A stretch of 64,000 nucleotides of DNA from the NCBI GenBank assembly GCA_963643165.1, contig CAVIJD010000003.1, positions 9,213-73,212 of the forward strand, read 5' to 3'. The notes beneath the pieces were generated by a model. The model was not told where the DNA came from, searched no databases, and saw only the letters and a list, made by a program, of their open reading frames with translations. Origin of the DNA: a bacterium (GTDB lineage Bacteria > Bacteroidota > Bacteroidia > Bacteroidales > WCHB1-69). Below, piece after piece: positions 62,135 through 64,000 of the stretch (position 1 is the stretch's first letter; every line of letters starts with the position of its first letter). The translations under genes were made by a program, and so were the position numbers.

Positions 62135-62539
62135 ATGAAAAGATTAATGATTCTTGGCTGTATGATATGCTGCCTGTTCGCTGTGCAGGCGCAAAGTGCC
62201 AAAAAGGCGTCTTCCAGTACTTACAAAGGCACTGGCGCTGAAATCAAATTCGAGAATGTGACGGTCGATTTCGGCACGCTGAAAGTCGGCGATGTGAAAG
62301 TGGTGACGGTCAAGTTCAAGAATATCGGCAAGAAACCGCTCATTTTGGACGATGTCATCTCTTCGTGCGACTGCACCACGGCCGACTGGTCAAAGATGCC
62401 TGTGATGCCGGGCAAGGAGGGGGTGATCAAAGCCACCTACACGGCAAAACACACAGGACTTATCAGCAAACGGCTTACGGTTTTGTCGAATGCCAACACA
62501 GACAGAATCATTCTGCAACTCAAGGGAGAGGTGAAGTAG
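62135..62539 (+). CDS. DUF1573 domain-containing protein (tandem paralog)
   Basis: 134 aa with a signal peptide; VKFKNIGKKPLILDDVISSCDCTTADWSKMPVMPGKEGVIKATY. Confidence 0.8.
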   Translation: MKRLMILGCMICCLFAVQAQSAKKASSSTYKGTGAEIKFENVTVDFGTLKVGDVKVVTVKFKNIGKKPLILDDVISSCDCTTADWSKMPVMPGKEGVIKATYTAKHTGLISKRLTVLSNANTDRIILQLKGEVK

Positions 62540-62555
62540 CGCTGCTCCCTCCTCC

Positions 62556-62948
62556 GGGGCCGTTTGGTTTTGACAGCAAGTTCGGGGGATTGTAAGCAAG
62601 TCGGAGTTTGTGAGCCGAATCCGTTAAAAGTCAACTCTCGATGCCAATAAATGGCGAAACTTCATATTCATTCGCAGCGTAAGCGTTGCGAATCCCGCCG
62701 CACAGACAAGGTCTGCAGCCGCGGGCGCTTCCCCGGAAGTTCCTCGGTCCAACGTCCGGCCCAGAAGTGTCATAAAGGGACTGATAGTCTGTATAGGCTT
62801 CGATATACGGGCGAAAACTAAGAAGATACGCGGCTGCCAGGCCTGTTCCGTGCCATGCGGCCGCCGACAATCCAAACGAGAACTAAACTTGTAGAAAGCA
62901 GTCTTGCGGCATGTTTGGACGAGGGTTCGACTCCCTCCGGCTCCACCA
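62556..62948 (+). ncRNA. ssrA: tmRNA (SsrA)
   Basis: The 5' GGGGCCG(62556-62) pairs with CGGCTCC plus ACCA at the 3' end, including a G3:U wobble. The T-arm is GAGGG TTCGACT CCCTC (62921-62937). The tag ORF GGC GAA ACT TCA TAT TCA TTC GCA GCG TAA (62653-62682) encodes GETSYSFAA. The length of 393 nt is typical. Confidence 0.9.
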
Positions 62949-62987
62949 AAAAAGAGCGCGGTGTGTGTCACACACCGCGCTCTTTTT
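62949..62987. terminator. Bidirectional terminator after ssrA / M20 peptidase gene
   Basis: AGAGCGCGGTGTGTG(62953-67) pairs with CACACACCGCGCTCT(62969-83), flanked by an A-run and a T-run. Confidence 0.75.
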
Positions 62988-63010
62988 GTACTCGTCACTA
63001 CAGCCTTGCC

Positions 63011-64000
63011 TTATTCGGCAAAGTGGCGGTAAAATGCGATGATGGTCTCGATGCCCTTGTAGAAATGGTCGAGACGGTAATTCTCGTTGGGGGAGTGGAT
63101 GGCATCCTCGCCAAGACCGAAGCCCATCAGCACAGACTTGATGCCCAGCACCTGCTCAAAGGCAGAGATGATGGGGATGCTGCCGCCGCTGCGCATCGGA
63201 ACGGGCTGCTTGCCGTAGGTGTCCATAAAGGCTGCCTCCGCTGCTTTGTATGCCGGGAGGTCAATCGGGCAACCGTAGGCTTGTCCGCCATGCAGGGGCG
63301 TCACTTTCACCTTGACGCATGCAGGGGCGTTCTGCTCAAAATAATCTTTCACCAGAACGGCAATTTTCTCGTGGTCCTGGTTGGGCACGAGTCGGCACGA
63401 AAGTTTGGCGTAAGCCTTGGATGGAAGCACCGTCTTGGAGCCTTCGCCCGTGTATCCTCCCCACATGCCGCAGAGGTCAAACGTCGGCCGTATGCCCACC
63501 TGCTCAATCTTCGTGTAGCCCTTCTCGCCGCGCAACTCACGCACGTCGAGACTTTTCTTATAGTCTGCTTCGCAATAAGGCGCCTTGTTGAGCAGTTCTC
63601 TTTCGTAGGCTGAACATTCTACCACGTCATCATAGAAGTGCGGTATCGTGATATGGTTGTTCTCGTCCATGCACTTGGCAATCATCTCGCACAGCACATT
63701 CAGCGGGTTGGCCACAGAGCCGCCGAAAATGCCGGAGTGGAGGTCGGCGTTAGGACCGGTCACCTCAATTTCCCAATAAGAGAGGCCGCGCAGTCCTGTA
63801 GTGATCGAAGGTACGTCCGTGGCAATCATGCTGGTGTCAGAAACTAAGATGATGTCGGCCTTGACCAGGTCTTTGTTTTCGACAATCCATTTAGACAAAG
63901 CAGGAGACCCGATTTCCTCTTCGCCTTCCAGCATAAACTTGACGTTGCAAGGAAGCGTGTTCGTTTTCAACATAGTTTCAAAGGCCTTGGCGTGCATGAA
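63011..64000 (-). CDS. M20-family dipeptidase/metallohydrolase; N-terminus off window
   Basis: NVKFMLEGEEEIGSPAL, ILVSDT, GLRGLSYWEIEVTGPNADLHSGIFGG and MRSGGSIP are typical of M20 dimerisation and catalytic regions. The ORF is open to the window edge. Confidence 0.8.
   Translation of the reverse strand, partial: FMHAKAFETMLKTNTLPCNVKFMLEGEEEIGSPALSKWIVENKDLVKADIILVSDTSMIATDVPSITTGLRGLSYWEIEVTGPNADLHSGIFGGSVANPLNVLCEMIAKCMDENNHITIPHFYDDVVECSAYERELLNKAPYCEADYKKSLDVRELRGEKGYTKIEQVGIRPTFDLCGMWGGYTGEGSKTVLPSKAYAKLSCRLVPNQDHEKIAVLVKDYFEQNAPACVKVKVTPLHGGQAYGCPIDLPAYKAAEAAFMDTYGKQPVPMRSGGSIPIISAFEQVLGIKSVLMGFGLGEDAIHSPNENYRLDHFYKGIETIIAFYRHFAE

Noticed and set aside
62624-63613. ORFs of 124, 79 and 252 aa overlapping the tmRNA and the M20 peptidase gene
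   Set aside because: The region 62556-62948 is explained by a complete tmRNA (acceptor, T-arm, tag ORF, CCA). The 252-aa ORF is antisense to the M20 gene.
1-64000. Search by eye for CRISPR arrays, transposases, integrases, phage or conjugation genes, toxin-antitoxin pairs, restriction or other defence systems, rRNA and tRNA genes
   Set aside because: I saw no repeat-spacer periodicity and no ORF with DDE, tyrosine- or serine-recombinase or defence-associated motifs. The only tRNA-like element is the tmRNA 3' end. The two low-GC patches (16.0-16.6 kb and 22.6-24.9 kb) lack mobility genes, so I did not call them mobile elements.

Overview
The window looks like chromosomal DNA from a Bacteroidota (Bacteroidales-like) genome. 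Three things support this: a core type IX secretion (T9SS) cluster, many proteins with T9SS C-terminal sorting domains, and the Bacteroidetes -7 promoter box TAnnTTTG 20-120 nt upstream of many genes. All names come from reading the translated ORFs, motifs and synteny by eye, with no database search.

Gene content in order:
- dcp (3' end off-window), ispF, porV and porU on the minus strand, divergent from a porP/sprF-like gene and gldJ
- yitT-like gene, purL, a BFN/UVR nuclease
- a low-GC frameshifted ABC-ATPase remnant and a YfhO-like membrane protein
- a tight four-gene operon: YugP-like peptidase, two secreted hypotheticals, TIGR01212 radical SAM
- an AT-rich island with an internally duplicated outer-membrane-type protein
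- TonB-dependent receptor, cobalamin riboswitch, beta-propeller lipoprotein, T9SS-sorted protein
- rpmB, and a gingipain-like C25 peptidase with a T9SS CTD
- DUF1599, a DoxX/thioredoxin-like fusion, prmC, trpS, a BatA-like membrane protein, DUF4159
- an isolated rplC-rplD-rplW-rplB-rpsS block
- acpP-fabF-rnc, an ArnT-like GT-C, clpX-clpP-tig, secG, an LptE-like gene, a sigma-54 activator
- dusB, lpxD, efp, an ECF sigma factor
- a ZapB-like gene, zapA, a 6S-like RNA candidate, rny, an ftsB-like gene, aroQ
- two DUF1573 genes, tmRNA, and an M20 peptidase (5' end off-window)

I found no CRISPR array, transposase, integrase or rRNA/tRNA gene.

The most interesting locus is the B12 riboswitch at about 27.6-27.87 kb. 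It has its own promoter and controls a BtuG-like propeller lipoprotein plus an uncharacterised T9SS cargo protein. This may be a T9SS-dependent corrinoid-capture module.

Background GC is high, so long antisense ORFs are common. I rejected those.
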